Source: an uncultured delta proteobacterium (GTDB taxonomy: Bacteria > Myxococcota > Myxococcia > Myxococcales > Myxococcaceae). From it: a DNA stretch of 64,000 nt. The DNA is taken from NCBI GenBank assembly GCA_963713045.1, contig CAVQKE010000007.1, positions 32,001-96,000 on the forward strand. The letters are read 5' to 3'. The notes below the pieces were generated by a model. The model ran no database searches and had not been told where the DNA came from. It saw only the letters and a list, made by a program, of their open reading frames with translations. Positions 23,405 to 34,400 of the stretch are shown in pieces (within the stretch, counting starts at the first letter, position 1; the number at the start of each line of letters is the position of its first letter). The translations under genes and the position numbers were made by a program.

Positions 23405-23546
23405 TTCGGTGTGGTGTTTGGCCACAAACTCCTTTTGGGTGAGCCCGGTCTGCTTGTACTCCGCAGCAGCGTTGCCCACTCCGCGGGACCTAGTCGTCTC
23501 GGCACGTCCCGCACCCCTCTGAATTGAAGCCACCCTCAAGAGGCGG
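23405..23546 (-). mobile_element. IS66 accessory TnpA-like fragment
   Basis: VPRRLGPAEWATLL/AEYKQTGLTQKEFVAKH resembles the IS66 TnpA N-terminus; truncated. Confidence 0.5.
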
Positions 23547-24680
23547 TGGAATTGGCCGCGGACAGGTGGTGAACGATAAAAGGCGAGATTCAGGAGGACC
23601 TTCAGCGCTGGACGGCAAAGCGCAGGGTGGCGCTAGTTGCCAGCATCCTAAAGGGGGAGACCTCGGTGCAGGAGGCGGCACGGAAGCACGGGCTTACCGT
23701 GGCCGAGGTGGAAGAGTGGAAGGAGAAGTTTCTCCTCGGTGCGGAGAATGCACTCAGGTCGAAGCCCCGTGACCACGAGGCGCTGGACCAGGAGCGAGTG
23801 CGCAGACTCATGCAGAAAGTCGCCGAGCTGGTACTCGAGAACGACGTCCTGCGGGAGGCGACCAAGCTCCGCCCTTTTGTGCCGAAGAAGTCCGACGAGT
23901 AAGGGAAGCGATGCCCCGTCTCTCCGAGCGAAAGGCCTGTCGGATTCTCCGCGTCCCTCGAGCGCATCGGCGGCATGAGGGCGTGAAGCAGGCTCGCCCT
24001 TTGGACGAGCTCCTCGTCGCCAGAGTGAAGGAGCTCATTCACCAGTACCCAACGTTTGGCTACCGACGCGTCTGGGCCATGCTGCGCTTTCGTCAGGGCG
24101 TCCGCGTGAATGCGAAGGCCGTGTACCGAGTGCTGAAGCAGAAGCGCTGGTTTGTGCACCAGCGCATTTGGACACCCCGCCCGAGAGTGCGAGGGCGCAT
24201 CAGCATCGCCGAGCGGAGCAACCAGCGGTGGGCCACGGACATGACGCAGGTGCCGCGTGGGAGGGATGGGTGGGCACACCTGGCCGTCGTCATCGACTGT
24301 CACGACCGAGAAGTCATCGGCTATGAGTTTGCGCTGCGCGGGCGAGCCAAGGAGGCAGAGCGCGCCATCGAAGGGGCCTGCATCAGCCGTTTCGGCACGC
24401 TTCGGCCGGAAGGGCAAACACCAGTGCTGCGGAGCGACAATGGGCTGGTTTTCCAAAGCCAGCGCTTCCGACGGGCGTGCCGCGACTACCGGCTGCAGCA
24501 GGAATTCATGCACGCCCTAGACGCCCGAGCAGAACGGTCTGGTCGAGCGCTTCTTCCGGAGCTTGAAGGAGGAATGCGCCTGGCAGCACAACTTCAGCAG
24601 CTTCGCCGAGGCCCGCTTCACGATTGGCCAGTGGATCGACTGGTACAACACAGGCCGACCGCACCAGGCTCTCGGCTACG
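23547..24680 (+). mobile_element. IS3-family element: OrfA (DUF1153-type HTH) + OrfB (rve integrase); frameshifted, 3' end lost
   Basis: OrfA RWTAKRRVALV..EAARKHGL (ends 23902); OrfB 23911: FGYRRV, RWATDMT, IDCHDRE, LRSDNG, then NG.VERFFRSLKEEC..WYNTGRPHQALGY. Confidence 0.88.
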
Positions 24681-25413
24681 GGAGGTCAAAAAGAATACAG
24701 AGAAGTCTCACGTGTGGCTTGATTTCAGGGTGTCACTACATCCCGCCAGTAATTCCACGGCAATAGCGGGGTACAGGAGGCAACGGGACCACTGTGCAGG
24801 CGGCCCAACGGGGCCGGTCGGGGCCGCCACCCCTTGTGGCCCAACTGGCTGGAGCAGTTCGGTAAGCACTCGAAGGTCCCTGGTCGGCAGCTTGCAGTCC
24901 CTCGTCACCCAGCCACCTTCCGGAGTGTCACAACCATGCTCAGAAAACGCGCAGGAAATGCGGGTGGGAACCTCGACCCGCCAACAGCGAGTCGTACAAT
25001 GCGAGCGCCTCTTCCTCCACCAGCCATATATCGGCCGTCGTACCAAGTGTCTCCAGTAGCAATCCGCCGCGATGAATTCCTGGTCGTTGCTCCAAGAATC
25101 TCACGCAATTCTCTAGCAATCTGAAGCGTCTGCTCGTAGTCCGTACAATGAGATGCGAAATGCGCGTTCAGTAGGTGCTCCGGGAACCAAAAGAAGCTGA
25201 CCATCGACGAATTCACGGAGCGTCCGGTTTCCGCAAACTTGAACTAGGCCGCAAACAGCCCGCTCCCTCCGTGACTCCCAAGTGACGATCACGTTGCCGA
25301 AGAGCGGAACGGCTCTGCTCTCATCTGCAACATGCCGTTTGCGACTGTCAGGCCGATTCCCGTTCTTGACCATTCCTCCTGCGACCTGCTGAACTACCTC
25401 CGAGGGGGCGGGC

Positions 25414-26476
25414 ATGAGCATTTTGAAGTCGCAATCTATCGATTGCCCGCTTGACTTTCCTGAGTATTTGGAAGCCGCCAAATACCAAGCTCTGCAGCAG
25501 ATTCCGTCACTTCGTTGCACTTAAGGATCCTCGCTTCAGACCTATTCTTTACGACTTAGTGCTGGACTATCCCTCTCGAATAGGGAAGGGCCTACGGCCG
25601 GCGTTGTGCATCGCCGCATGCCGAGCCTTCGGTGGCACGCTGTCAACAATTGTACCCACTGCCGCTGTTCTGGAGCTTTACCATAACGCATTTCTCATTC
25701 ACGACGACGTCGAGGATGGCTCTCAGAAGAGACGAGGCGTCCCGACACTACACTTGCGCCACGGTCTACCCGTTGCTGTGAACACCGGCGACGCAATGCT
25801 GGCTCTAGCATTCCGACCGCTCCTTGCGAACCTCGAGTTGCTCGGTCTCGGCAAAACGCTCCGCATTCTAGAGGTCATCGCGAAAATGGCCGAGGAATCC
25901 GCTGAGGGACAAGCCCTTGAGCTTAGCTGGATACGCGACGGGCAATGGGCCTTGACGGATGCGGACTATGTCGAAATGGTCGCGAAGAAGACGGCCTGGT
26001 ACAGCTTCATCGCTCCACTCGCAGCCGGCGCAATTGCCGCGGGTGTCGACGATGGCGTGCTTCTTAAGCTCGAGGTGTTCGGCCGTTCCTTGGGGATCGC
26101 TTTTCAGATTCAAGACGACGTTTTGAATATTGACGCCGAGGAGCAAGCCTATGGCAAAGAAAGTTTGGGGGACCTTTGGGAGGGTAAGCACACCCTGATT
26201 CTGCTCCACGTTTTGCGAACCGTCTCAGCTGAAGACCGAAAGACGGCCCTCGAAATACTCGCCCTGCCTCGGGAGGCTAAGCGCGACGAGGACATCGCTT
26301 TTTTGCTCGGCCTGATTCGGAAGTCCCGCGCAACGCAGACGGCGGGCTTGGTCGCGCGATTTTTTATCGGCGAAACAGCAAGTGCTTGGCAGCAGCTTGA
26401 GCCCCTAATGCCACCGTCAATCCATCGGAGCTTTCTCCTCGCTCTCGTGCAGTACGTTGTCGAACGCAAAAAATGA
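25414..26476 (+). CDS. Polyprenyl diphosphate synthase; frameshift near 25500
   Basis: GKGLRP, IHDDVED..RRG, AVNTGD, GQALE, KT, FQIQDDVLN, DLWEGK; RBS GAGGGGG before ATG 25414. Confidence 0.92.
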
Positions 26477-27105
26477 AGGTCGCCATGAGCTCAATACCTC
26501 CCCCCAGAACTGACCCGTCGCTCTTAAATAACTTACCCGTGGAAAGCATCGGGAGGGCACTGGTCGCGCTCCACCGCGCGAATTCGGCTCGTGACACGTT
26601 CGCTGACTCCTGGATTCCGGCTCCTCTCCGAGGCGTGGCCAAGGACCCCATTCCCGATGTAGGCGACACGCTCTATTCCATCGTCCGCTCACAACTCGAC
26701 CAGCTCAACGTACTCCTCAAGCTTGGACAGAGTGAAATGAGTCGCGTTGCGAGAGCTTGGCCCATTCCCGAACGCCCAGCGCGGCTGGTTGTTCAGCTTC
26801 ATGGCCCTTCAGGACAAGACATCACCGGGAACGCCTCGTTCAAGAATCGCTTTCCGCGCAAGGTGCTTCCGCGCATTCGCTACGCGCCTTTCATTACACG
26901 TGACGGACTGCCCGCGGGAACCGTCGTTCCGAGTTTTTCCTTTGAGCCGCCGGGGGAAGTTGATGTTTGTGGAATGTGCACGCTGACTGTTTCGGTACCT
27001 GGCTCGGCGTTTAACTCGAGTAAGGGATGGTATTTCTCGGATGGCCGAATCCTCGTGGACGGGGAGACTCTCGCCCTCCTGACAATCGAACTTCAACTGC
27101 TTTAG
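26473..27105 (+). CDS. Hypothetical protein (helical N-terminus, beta-rich C-terminus)
   Basis: ATGA overlap with the synthase; 210-aa ORF in the operon. Confidence 0.65.
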   Translation: MKVAMSSIPPPRTDPSLLNNLPVESIGRALVALHRANSARDTFADSWIPAPLRGVAKDPIPDVGDTLYSIVRSQLDQLNVLLKLGQSEMSRVARAWPIPERPARLVVQLHGPSGQDITGNASFKNRFPRKVLPRIRYAPFITRDGLPAGTVVPSFSFEPPGEVDVCGMCTLTVSVPGSAFNSSKGWYFSDGRILVDGETLALLTIELQLL

Positions 27106-27123
27106 TTCTGTTGAGGGGCTTTG

Positions 27124-27489
27124 ATGTCATTGCACAACGGCCACGTTAGCGCTGATGCCGCGGAAGAGGTCATCGTCGAGCTGATCCGGGCAGTGCAGTC
27201 GGCCATTCTCCTGCATCCGACAGCAGCTCAGGGAATCTACAGCGCTCTGGTGCATGAGGGTCGTCGATTTTCCAAAACGCCGGAGGGCGACGCGTGGCGG
27301 TCAAGGCTTGTTGGAAGCACTCTCGTTGAACGCGGGCGCACGCTGCTGGAAGTGGTGACTATGGGGCTTCTCGACGAAGACGAGCGCGAGGGCCTTCCGA
27401 CGCGTCTGCTCGATGTCTTGGCCATCGCTATCCGTCAAGGTGCGTTGGAGACAATCCTCGGCCGGGCGGTGTCTGAGGTGCAACCTTGA
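27124..27489 (+). CDS. Hypothetical helical protein
   Basis: RBS GAGGGG; LLHPTAAQGIYSALVHEGRRFSKTPEG; overlaps the next gene. Confidence 0.7.
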   Translation: MSLHNGHVSADAAEEVIVELIRAVQSAILLHPTAAQGIYSALVHEGRRFSKTPEGDAWRSRLVGSTLVERGRTLLEVVTMGLLDEDEREGLPTRLLDVLAIAIRQGALETILGRAVSEVQP

Positions 27490-27779
27490 GGCAGGCTGAC
27501 TTGACCGAGACGCTCGACGCGAGCGACAGCCAGAATACTTTCCTGCTCCTAACGCTTGGCTGCCTTTCGGCGTTGGCATTTTTCGCCTCTGTGCTCGGCA
27601 CCTGTGACACCCAACAAGCCGCGGAGTCCGACGGAGGGAGTGATGCAATGCTCGCAGTCCTTGGAGCGATTTCACTGTCACAGCGTATGGAAGCACTCAT
27701 CTCCGCCGCGGTGAGCGAACACAATCAGCGCCCTGGCCGTCCACCAGCCATTCCGCCCTTTCGCGAGTTCAGAAGATGA
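27486..27779 (+). CDS. Small hypothetical membrane protein
   Basis: 4-bp overlaps on both sides; two hydrophobic stretches. Confidence 0.55.
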   Translation: MRQADLTETLDASDSQNTFLLLTLGCLSALAFFASVLGTCDTQQAAESDGGSDAMLAVLGAISLSQRMEALISAAVSEHNQRPGRPPAIPPFREFRR

Positions 27780-28819
27780 GCGCAATGCAGACTGCACCGA
27801 TGCGCGGGGCGTCCATCGGCGACTACGTCCGAAGAACCGCCGTGCCTAGGCCGCCGCAGTCGAACTTTTGGGAGTGGTTTCACTTCGCGATCCGAACGCC
27901 TCAAGGGCCTGACGTGGTGGTGAATTTCTGCACCGCAGGAGATCCCCGGACCCGACCCTCCGAGGACGCGTGGTTTGGATGTTGCACTGTGCTTGTGCAT
28001 GACGGCACCTGGTCGGGCGATTGTGTGAGACACGAGCAGCGAACAGTCCAACTTGGAGCCGGTCGGATCCTGGTGGCGATGCCGGATCACAGGCTTAGTT
28101 TCCAGGATGACCTGTATCGTCTCCGCGCCAGCGCGCACCGCGACCGGGTCGCAGTCGATTTGCAACTCGTTCCCCTTGCGATGCCGGCGACCGCCGCCGG
28201 CGTTCGCCTGGCCAGCAACAGTCGCCTGAGTTGGCATGTCGTGCCACGTCTTGCCGCCAGTGGCACGGTCGAAATACGGGGGCGCAACTATCACCTCAAA
28301 GAAGCACCGGCCTACCACGACCACAACTGGGGACCGATCGCGGCGGGCGATCTCTCCTGGGAATGGGGCTATGCAATACCGGAGGGGAACTGTGTGCTCC
28401 AGAGCGTGTTTTTTGTTCGACTCCTCGACCGAGCTCAGTCCACAACTTACATGCAAGGCCTCTTCGTCTGGAAAAACGGTCAGCCCCTACGCGTTTTCAG
28501 AGATCGAGAACTGAGCGTTTCGCAGTCGGGTGCAAGGCCCCAACGCTGCCCGACCCGCCCACGCGAGTGCGCTCTTCTTCTCCCTCCGACTGTCGTCGAT
28601 GTCCCGGGATCCCTGACCGTCACCGCAGGCCGCGGCGAAGACTGGCTATCGCTTTCGGTCGAACTGCTCGACGCAATTCGCATCGCGATCCCGGATGGTC
28701 CTACGGAAGAGCTGCTTGTCATCCACGAAACGAGAGGAGCCGCCGTCCTTCGTGGCTCGATCGAGCGCACATCCTTCAATTTCCCCGCCAATGGCTTCTT
28801 CGAATTCATCACTCATTAA
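27776..28819 (+). CDS. AttH/CrtC-like (carotenoid hydratase/tocopherol cyclase fold) protein
   Basis: FWEWFHF, SGTVEIRGRNY...AYHDHNWG...SWEWGY. Confidence 0.75.
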   Translation: MSAMQTAPMRGASIGDYVRRTAVPRPPQSNFWEWFHFAIRTPQGPDVVVNFCTAGDPRTRPSEDAWFGCCTVLVHDGTWSGDCVRHEQRTVQLGAGRILVAMPDHRLSFQDDLYRLRASAHRDRVAVDLQLVPLAMPATAAGVRLASNSRLSWHVVPRLAASGTVEIRGRNYHLKEAPAYHDHNWGPIAAGDLSWEWGYAIPEGNCVLQSVFFVRLLDRAQSTTYMQGLFVWKNGQPLRVFRDRELSVSQSGARPQRCPTRPRECALLLPPTVVDVPGSLTVTAGRGEDWLSLSVELLDAIRIAIPDGPTEELLVIHETRGAAVLRGSIERTSFNFPANGFFEFITH

Positions 28820-29219
28820 GCTCCCATTGCGAGTCTGGCTCCAGCAGGGCGCGACAGACCTCCTCCACGACTACCCAGCGGGGCACGACCGTCTTTGCAA
28901 ACTCCTTTCAATGGTTCCAATGAGGCTGCAGCTCAATCTCGACGCCGCCTACTTGGCAAGCGACGGCCATGCACTCATCGTCACCGAGGAAGCATCCTCT
29001 CAAGTCAACATCTCCTGCACCAGCGACAGCCTCTTTCGACTCCTCGATGGTCTGGACTCAGTCGGAGACGCGGCGCGGAGTGGCGCCCTCCTGGTGCAGG
29101 GCTCGTCCCAGGCGATACAACGTGCCGCCGCCGCGTTCCAATGCGCGCTTCACGCGGCCATTCGTACCCCGACGCTCGCACGTCTCCTGGACAGATATCG
29201 AACCCTTCACAATCGATGA
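28791..29219 (+). CDS. SCP2 sterol/lipid carrier-like protein
   Basis: VNISCTSDSLFRLLDGLDSVGDAARSGALLVQG matches the SCP2 C-terminal pattern. Confidence 0.65.
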   Translation: MASSNSSLIKLPLRVWLQQGATDLLHDYPAGHDRLCKLLSMVPMRLQLNLDAAYLASDGHALIVTEEASSQVNISCTSDSLFRLLDGLDSVGDAARSGALLVQGSSQAIQRAAAAFQCALHAAIRTPTLARLLDRYRTLHNR

Positions 29220-29237
29220 CAGCTACTGGAGGCACCG

Positions 29238-31466
29238 ATGCAACCAATTGAAGCGCCGAGCCCCGATTCGAAACCCCCGACGAACCATAGTAGCGGGCCA
29301 ATTTCGGACGTCTACGACGTCGTTATTTTCGGTGCTGGAATAGCGGGCATGACGGCGGCACATGAACTGCTTGCAAGGAACTTCAAAGTCTTGGTCGTCG
29401 ACAAGGACCATGCCGTGGGAGGGGTGGCGAAAAGCCAACCCGCCTACGTCTTCCGCAATGAGTGGGGACCAACCAGAGACGCTGCGTCCAAGGTTGCTCC
29501 GCCCAGGTTCGTCCGAGCCCTGCCGCAGCCGCACCAGCTCCCGCGGGTTAAGTGGGATTTTAAGGCCGACCAACCGGACGTTTACAGTTTTAGTCGCCTT
29601 AAAGACAGTTTGATCGAATTCTGGTTGAAAGAACCAAAGCGAGTTGACGTTATTCCCTACTATGCCTCGGACCAAAGTGACGCCTATAGCCGACTTGAGC
29701 GTTTAGTCACGCAGCTCAAGGCAGCCGTCACCCCACACATACCGAGTCATCTCTTTGACTTATTAAATCGGAACGTGCCCGCGCAACTGCGTGCCGAATA
29801 CGACGGTTGTTTCGATTTTACCTGTCAGTTCGAGCTCCCAGGCGAGCACGGTTTCAGGTTCTTTCCATCCTACTATGACAATCTCTTTGACACCATGCAG
29901 CGCACGCCCCTCGTTTCGGATAGTGACATCGGGTCTAAAACGGCTGACGAACCGGGACATTCCGTCTACGACAATCTCAGCCCAACGAAAGACCTAGGAA
30001 TTGGGCTTGTTGGCACCGAGCGCTCCTTTACTATTAAGAGGAGTCTTCCACGATCTCTAGATGCGATCCGCGCCTTTGTAAGAGACCTTCAGGAAAAGCT
30101 CGGGTTTTCGCTCCGCGATATGATTCGCATGGAGACCAAGCTCTTTCTCTACGCAACGTCGTGCGCGGACAGAAGGAAAAAGTATGAAAAGATTTCGTGG
30201 TTCCAGTTTGTCGATGGTGACGCTTACAGCGAGAAGGTTAGCACCTACTTGCAATCGTCGAGCCAGGCGCTAGGGGCTCTTCGCGCGACGGAGTGCGACG
30301 CCCGTACCTATGGGAATACGGTCCTGCAGCTCTTGACCGATCAGCTGACGGACGGTTCGCACTCTGATTCCACACTAGCCGGTCCGACCACGGAGTCCTG
30401 GTTCGCGCACTGGAAGCATTTTCTTCAACGAGAAGGGGTGCAGTTTTTGAAAGGAACACTAAAAGGGTTTGAGGAGGCCGAAGGAAGACTCCTACCAATC
30501 GTAGACGATTGGTCGATCAAACCACCCCCCTCTGCAGTCAACTATAGGAAAGCTAAGTACTTCGTTCTGGCTGCATCGGTCCAGGAGGCGGCGCGCCTAG
30601 CGTGGACGTTTGAGGCAGAGACAAGGAACGCAAAGGACTTTCAAGGACTCAGAGAGTTTATAACAAAGGATTGGGAACAGGACTTGGCAAAGGCAAAACC
30701 GGACGGTCCGCTGCAGCACCTTAGCGGAATCCAGTATTTTTTTCGTGAAGAAATACATTTAGTCGACGGGCACACCTTGTACCCCGACGCCCCGTGGGGC
30801 CTAACCTCGGTTTCCCAAACATCCCATTGGTTCCGTTACCGTGGACGCTGGGACGGGTTTCGCAGCGTGCTCTCGGTCGACATCGCTGACTGGAGCACTC
30901 CAGACAAACATGGCCAGAAGGCTTGGGACTGCGCGGCCGACGAGATCGCCGCGAGCGTTTGGGAGCAAATTAGTGAAACCCTCTCGAAGCAGACGCTCGT
31001 CGATAATTCGGGGCCGCTACCAGATCCGGCGTACTATCATATTGACGACAATATTAACGTCGATGTATCTCCCAAGAGCGACCATGCGCCATTTCTAGTG
31101 AACATCAAAGACAGCTACGCCATACGTCCTGGAACGTTAGACGCTTACGACGTTTACAGGGGTTGGGTGCTCGCCGGTAACTACATGAAAACTTATACGA
31201 GATTGACCACGATGGAGGCGCCGAACGAATCTGCTCGACACGCGGTTAATGCCATTCTAAAGGACCACAAGTACCGCGGCGACAGGGTGCCAATCGTCAA
31301 TCTTGAGACAACAGAGCCGGCCGATATAGCATGGCTGAAGAGGCTTGATCAATATTTGTTGGATAATGACGCGCCGCATTTCTTGGAGATTTCTGGGGGA
31401 ACTAAAGTGTTGCTAAAGCTTATGCCCTCGGACGCCCGTGCTTTTCAGGAGATTTTGGACTGGTAG
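29238..31466 (+). CDS. FAD-dependent oxidoreductase (amine oxidase/carotenoid desaturase superfamily)
   Basis: VVIFGAGIAGMTAAHEL, GG, LPGEHGFRFFP, VLAGNYM..TTMEAPNESARHAVNAIL. Confidence 0.88.
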   Translation: MQPIEAPSPDSKPPTNHSSGPISDVYDVVIFGAGIAGMTAAHELLARNFKVLVVDKDHAVGGVAKSQPAYVFRNEWGPTRDAASKVAPPRFVRALPQPHQLPRVKWDFKADQPDVYSFSRLKDSLIEFWLKEPKRVDVIPYYASDQSDAYSRLERLVTQLKAAVTPHIPSHLFDLLNRNVPAQLRAEYDGCFDFTCQFELPGEHGFRFFPSYYDNLFDTMQRTPLVSDSDIGSKTADEPGHSVYDNLSPTKDLGIGLVGTERSFTIKRSLPRSLDAIRAFVRDLQEKLGFSLRDMIRMETKLFLYATSCADRRKKYEKISWFQFVDGDAYSEKVSTYLQSSSQALGALRATECDARTYGNTVLQLLTDQLTDGSHSDSTLAGPTTESWFAHWKHFLQREGVQFLKGTLKGFEEAEGRLLPIVDDWSIKPPPSAVNYRKAKYFVLAASVQEAARLAWTFEAETRNAKDFQGLREFITKDWEQDLAKAKPDGPLQHLSGIQYFFREEIHLVDGHTLYPDAPWGLTSVSQTSHWFRYRGRWDGFRSVLSVDIADWSTPDKHGQKAWDCAADEIAASVWEQISETLSKQTLVDNSGPLPDPAYYHIDDNINVDVSPKSDHAPFLVNIKDSYAIRPGTLDAYDVYRGWVLAGNYMKTYTRLTTMEAPNESARHAVNAILKDHKYRGDRVPIVNLETTEPADIAWLKRLDQYLLDNDAPHFLEISGGTKVLLKLMPSDARAFQEILDW

Positions 31467-31484
31467 GTTCTACGTTGGGCGGCG

Positions 31485-34400
31485 CTAGTTGGGGATGAGC
31501 ATTCGGAGCAGTCTGGGTGGGCTCTTTACCCCGAGCGAAGTGAGTTTAGCGTGTTCGGTCGCTTCTGCACCTGGCTGCGCCGCCGCTCGCGAGGCAGCCG
31601 CGTAGAGGGCCATGCCTGCTAGGTCGAAGGCAGCCGCAGCGGCTTCAAGGTGTCGTTTTCCCGCCGCCTCGTCATCATCGAGGCGCGCCACACCAGCCCG
31701 TAAAGCGCAGGCGAAACCAATCGAGAGCTGCAAGTCTTCGCGCTCGAGCTGACCGACCGCTGAGCGCGCTATGGCGAGCAGCTGCTTCGGCGCAACGTGG
31801 CCAATTTCACCTCGAGCAGCAGAGTTCGCTGCCGCCAGAGCGACTCGCCCGCGAAGGTGCTGCGCTTCAGAACGAACGACACGGGCGCGCAAGAAGAACG
31901 CGCTTCGGAGTTGCGCCCACGCGGCTTCGACGCGACGAAGGGCTGACCACGCGTCTCCGCGGTAGAGGTCTGCCTGAGCCGCCGCGAAGAGATGGTGGTA
32001 GTGGGGGGTGAGGTAGAGGGATGGCTGGAGCGGACCCATCATCCGCGCTGACCGAACATCGATGTTCCCAAAAAGCGCGGACAGGGCAGCGTCGGCTTCG
32101 GAAAGTGCCCTCAGTGGCTGGTCGATGACTAGCCAAATGAGGTTGGGCATGCCAAGCCGACATGTGTTGGCATTGAAGAAGTCTCCGCGCTCCATGGCGG
32201 AAGCCAGTGCTCTAGGTACCCGCTTTTGGAGTTCGGGAAGGTCGCCGAGATACGCGAGCGCTGGCATTGCATATGCGTCCGTGATTGCGAGCTCCCAGGC
32301 GACCCCGCGGCAGCGCAAGCGGTAAATTTCAGCGGCTTCGTCGCAGAGCTGAACGGCTCGCTTCCACTCGGCGTTGAACCATGCGCTGATTCCCTGCGCC
32401 ATGGTTCCCCACGCGCGGTCGTACGGGATAGAGGATTTTCCAATCTCCTCTTCCATACGTAGAAGCAGCTTTTGCGCATGTCGTCTCAGTGGAGGGTACC
32501 CAAGGACCGTTTCAAACGCGGCTTCGTATCCCAGGCCGCGGATGACCCTCGAGCGGTCACGCGCCTGGATGGCACCTCGCAGGTGATGCACACCGAGCGG
32601 GTCTGCGGCGACATAGTTGAGCATGGAGATGCTGGTGGACGCCGACCAGAGCGAATCGAGTCGGTCGAGCGCAGAAGCATCTACCGTCGGGTGCTCGCTC
32701 ACCGGGAACGACAGCGGCTTCAGCATCAGACCGAGGCGCGGCAAGAGGCCGCTGAGTACCGCTCCAATTCGGGTCTCTGGAACGGGGATGGGCAGGTTTG
32801 CCGTCGACAATCGGAGTAGCCGCATCCCATCAGCGAGTCGACCGCTGCGGAGGTAGTGCTCGCTGGCCAGCCGCAGGAGCGTTCTCGGCGATGCTTTGGT
32901 GGTACCATCTTTTTCGGCGAGCTCGGCGGCCTGCTCAAAATGCCTCGCCGCGCGCGCCCCCTTCCCTGCATCCGCCCACGCCGTGGCCGCCAATTCGTGC
33001 AGTTCGGCCTCGTTTGCTTTACCTGGAAGCAGCTCCAGCACCTGTTCATACAGCGCTCCCGCACGGTCGAACGCCAGCTTCTCGCGGGCGGAGTGTGCCG
33101 CACGTAAAGCGAATTCGCCGGCCAACTCGGTGTCTCCGGCGCCACGGTAGTGAACGGCCAGCTGCTCGTCGTCAGCGGATGGCAAGCTCCTAAGGCATAC
33201 GGCAAGTTCGTGGTGGTATTTTCTCAGCCGTTCAGTGGAGAGTTGCGCAAGTACGGCGTCTCTCATTTTGTCGTGGTAGACTTCAACGAGTGGTGCGTCG
33301 GGCTGTTCGATGAGTCGCAGCATCCGTGCATGTGCGAGCCTGCTGATATCTGTTTGGGCTGCATCGCTGAGATTTGCCGCTGCGAGGACGGTTTCCCGCC
33401 CCATGGGCCGGCCAGCCACGGACACCAACTCGACGATTCGCCTCGCCGTGTCGGTCAGTTCGGCAATCCGCTGGTCAACAACATCAGCGAGCCCAGCCCT
33501 GTTGGTCTGGCGCCCCAAGTTGTGCGCGGCGTGACGAGCCAACTCCCCTAGGAAGAAGGGGGAACCGCATGACTCCACCACAAGGGAGTTCAGGAGCTCG
33601 TCATCGACTGCACCGCCGAGCAGACCCGAAACGACCTCATGTGCTGAGGCATCTGAAAGTGGTTCCACGTGGACTGGGATCGGGGGCGTCACCGCTAGGC
33701 GTCCTTCCCGAAGTGCGGACAGAAAAGCCTGCCCAGACACATCCTCAGCCCGGTACGCGAGAAGATACAGAATGGGGGCCTGCGCTGGACGGAGAAGATG
33801 CAGGATTAACTGTTCGGAATCTGGGTCCGTCCATTGGAAATCGTCTATCCAGATGACCAGAGGTTGGCGGCGAGCGCATTCACCCAGGAGCTGTCGCAGA
33901 GCTTCGACCCCGAGCCTTCGCAGCTCGCGGGGCTCGACAAGCTCGGAAGCCACCTGGCCGCGTGGCGCCTCCAAGCCCGGCACGTCGGCAAGAGCTCCGA
34001 ACAGCCGACAGAGATTGGCACCCATTCCTGGTTCCAGGCGGGGAACTTCGGGGGCCGGGAGCGATCCCAGATACGTCGCGAGTTGGTCAACCACGCCGTC
34101 GAGCGCGCGGTAAGGGACCAATTCCTCGGGAAGACATCGCCCGCTCAAAACGGTGGCTTCGTTAGCGGCCTGGACCTGGGACGTAAAACGGCGTGCGAGT
34201 TCAGTCTTTCCCATCCCAGACCTTCCCTCGATGGTCGCGAGCGTCAGCTGGCCACTCTTCGCCGTTCGCAATGCCGTCCAGAGCGCAGCGAGCTCCTCCG
34301 AGCGGCCGACGAAACTTGTATGGCGCGGGCGGCGCTTCTCCGGTTTGCCCAGCGCCTTAAGCACTTCCGAGGGCCCTGCTCGTTGGTGGGGTCTCGGATC

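Noticed and set aside
24700..25410. Short ORFs and a GPQGVAAPTGPVGPP collagen-like stretch
   Set aside because: Too short and interrupted; no consistent frame or recognisable family.
25414..31466. Standard carotenoid or hopanoid cluster
   Set aside because: No crtB/hpnCD, crtI-type or squalene-hopene cyclase gene present.
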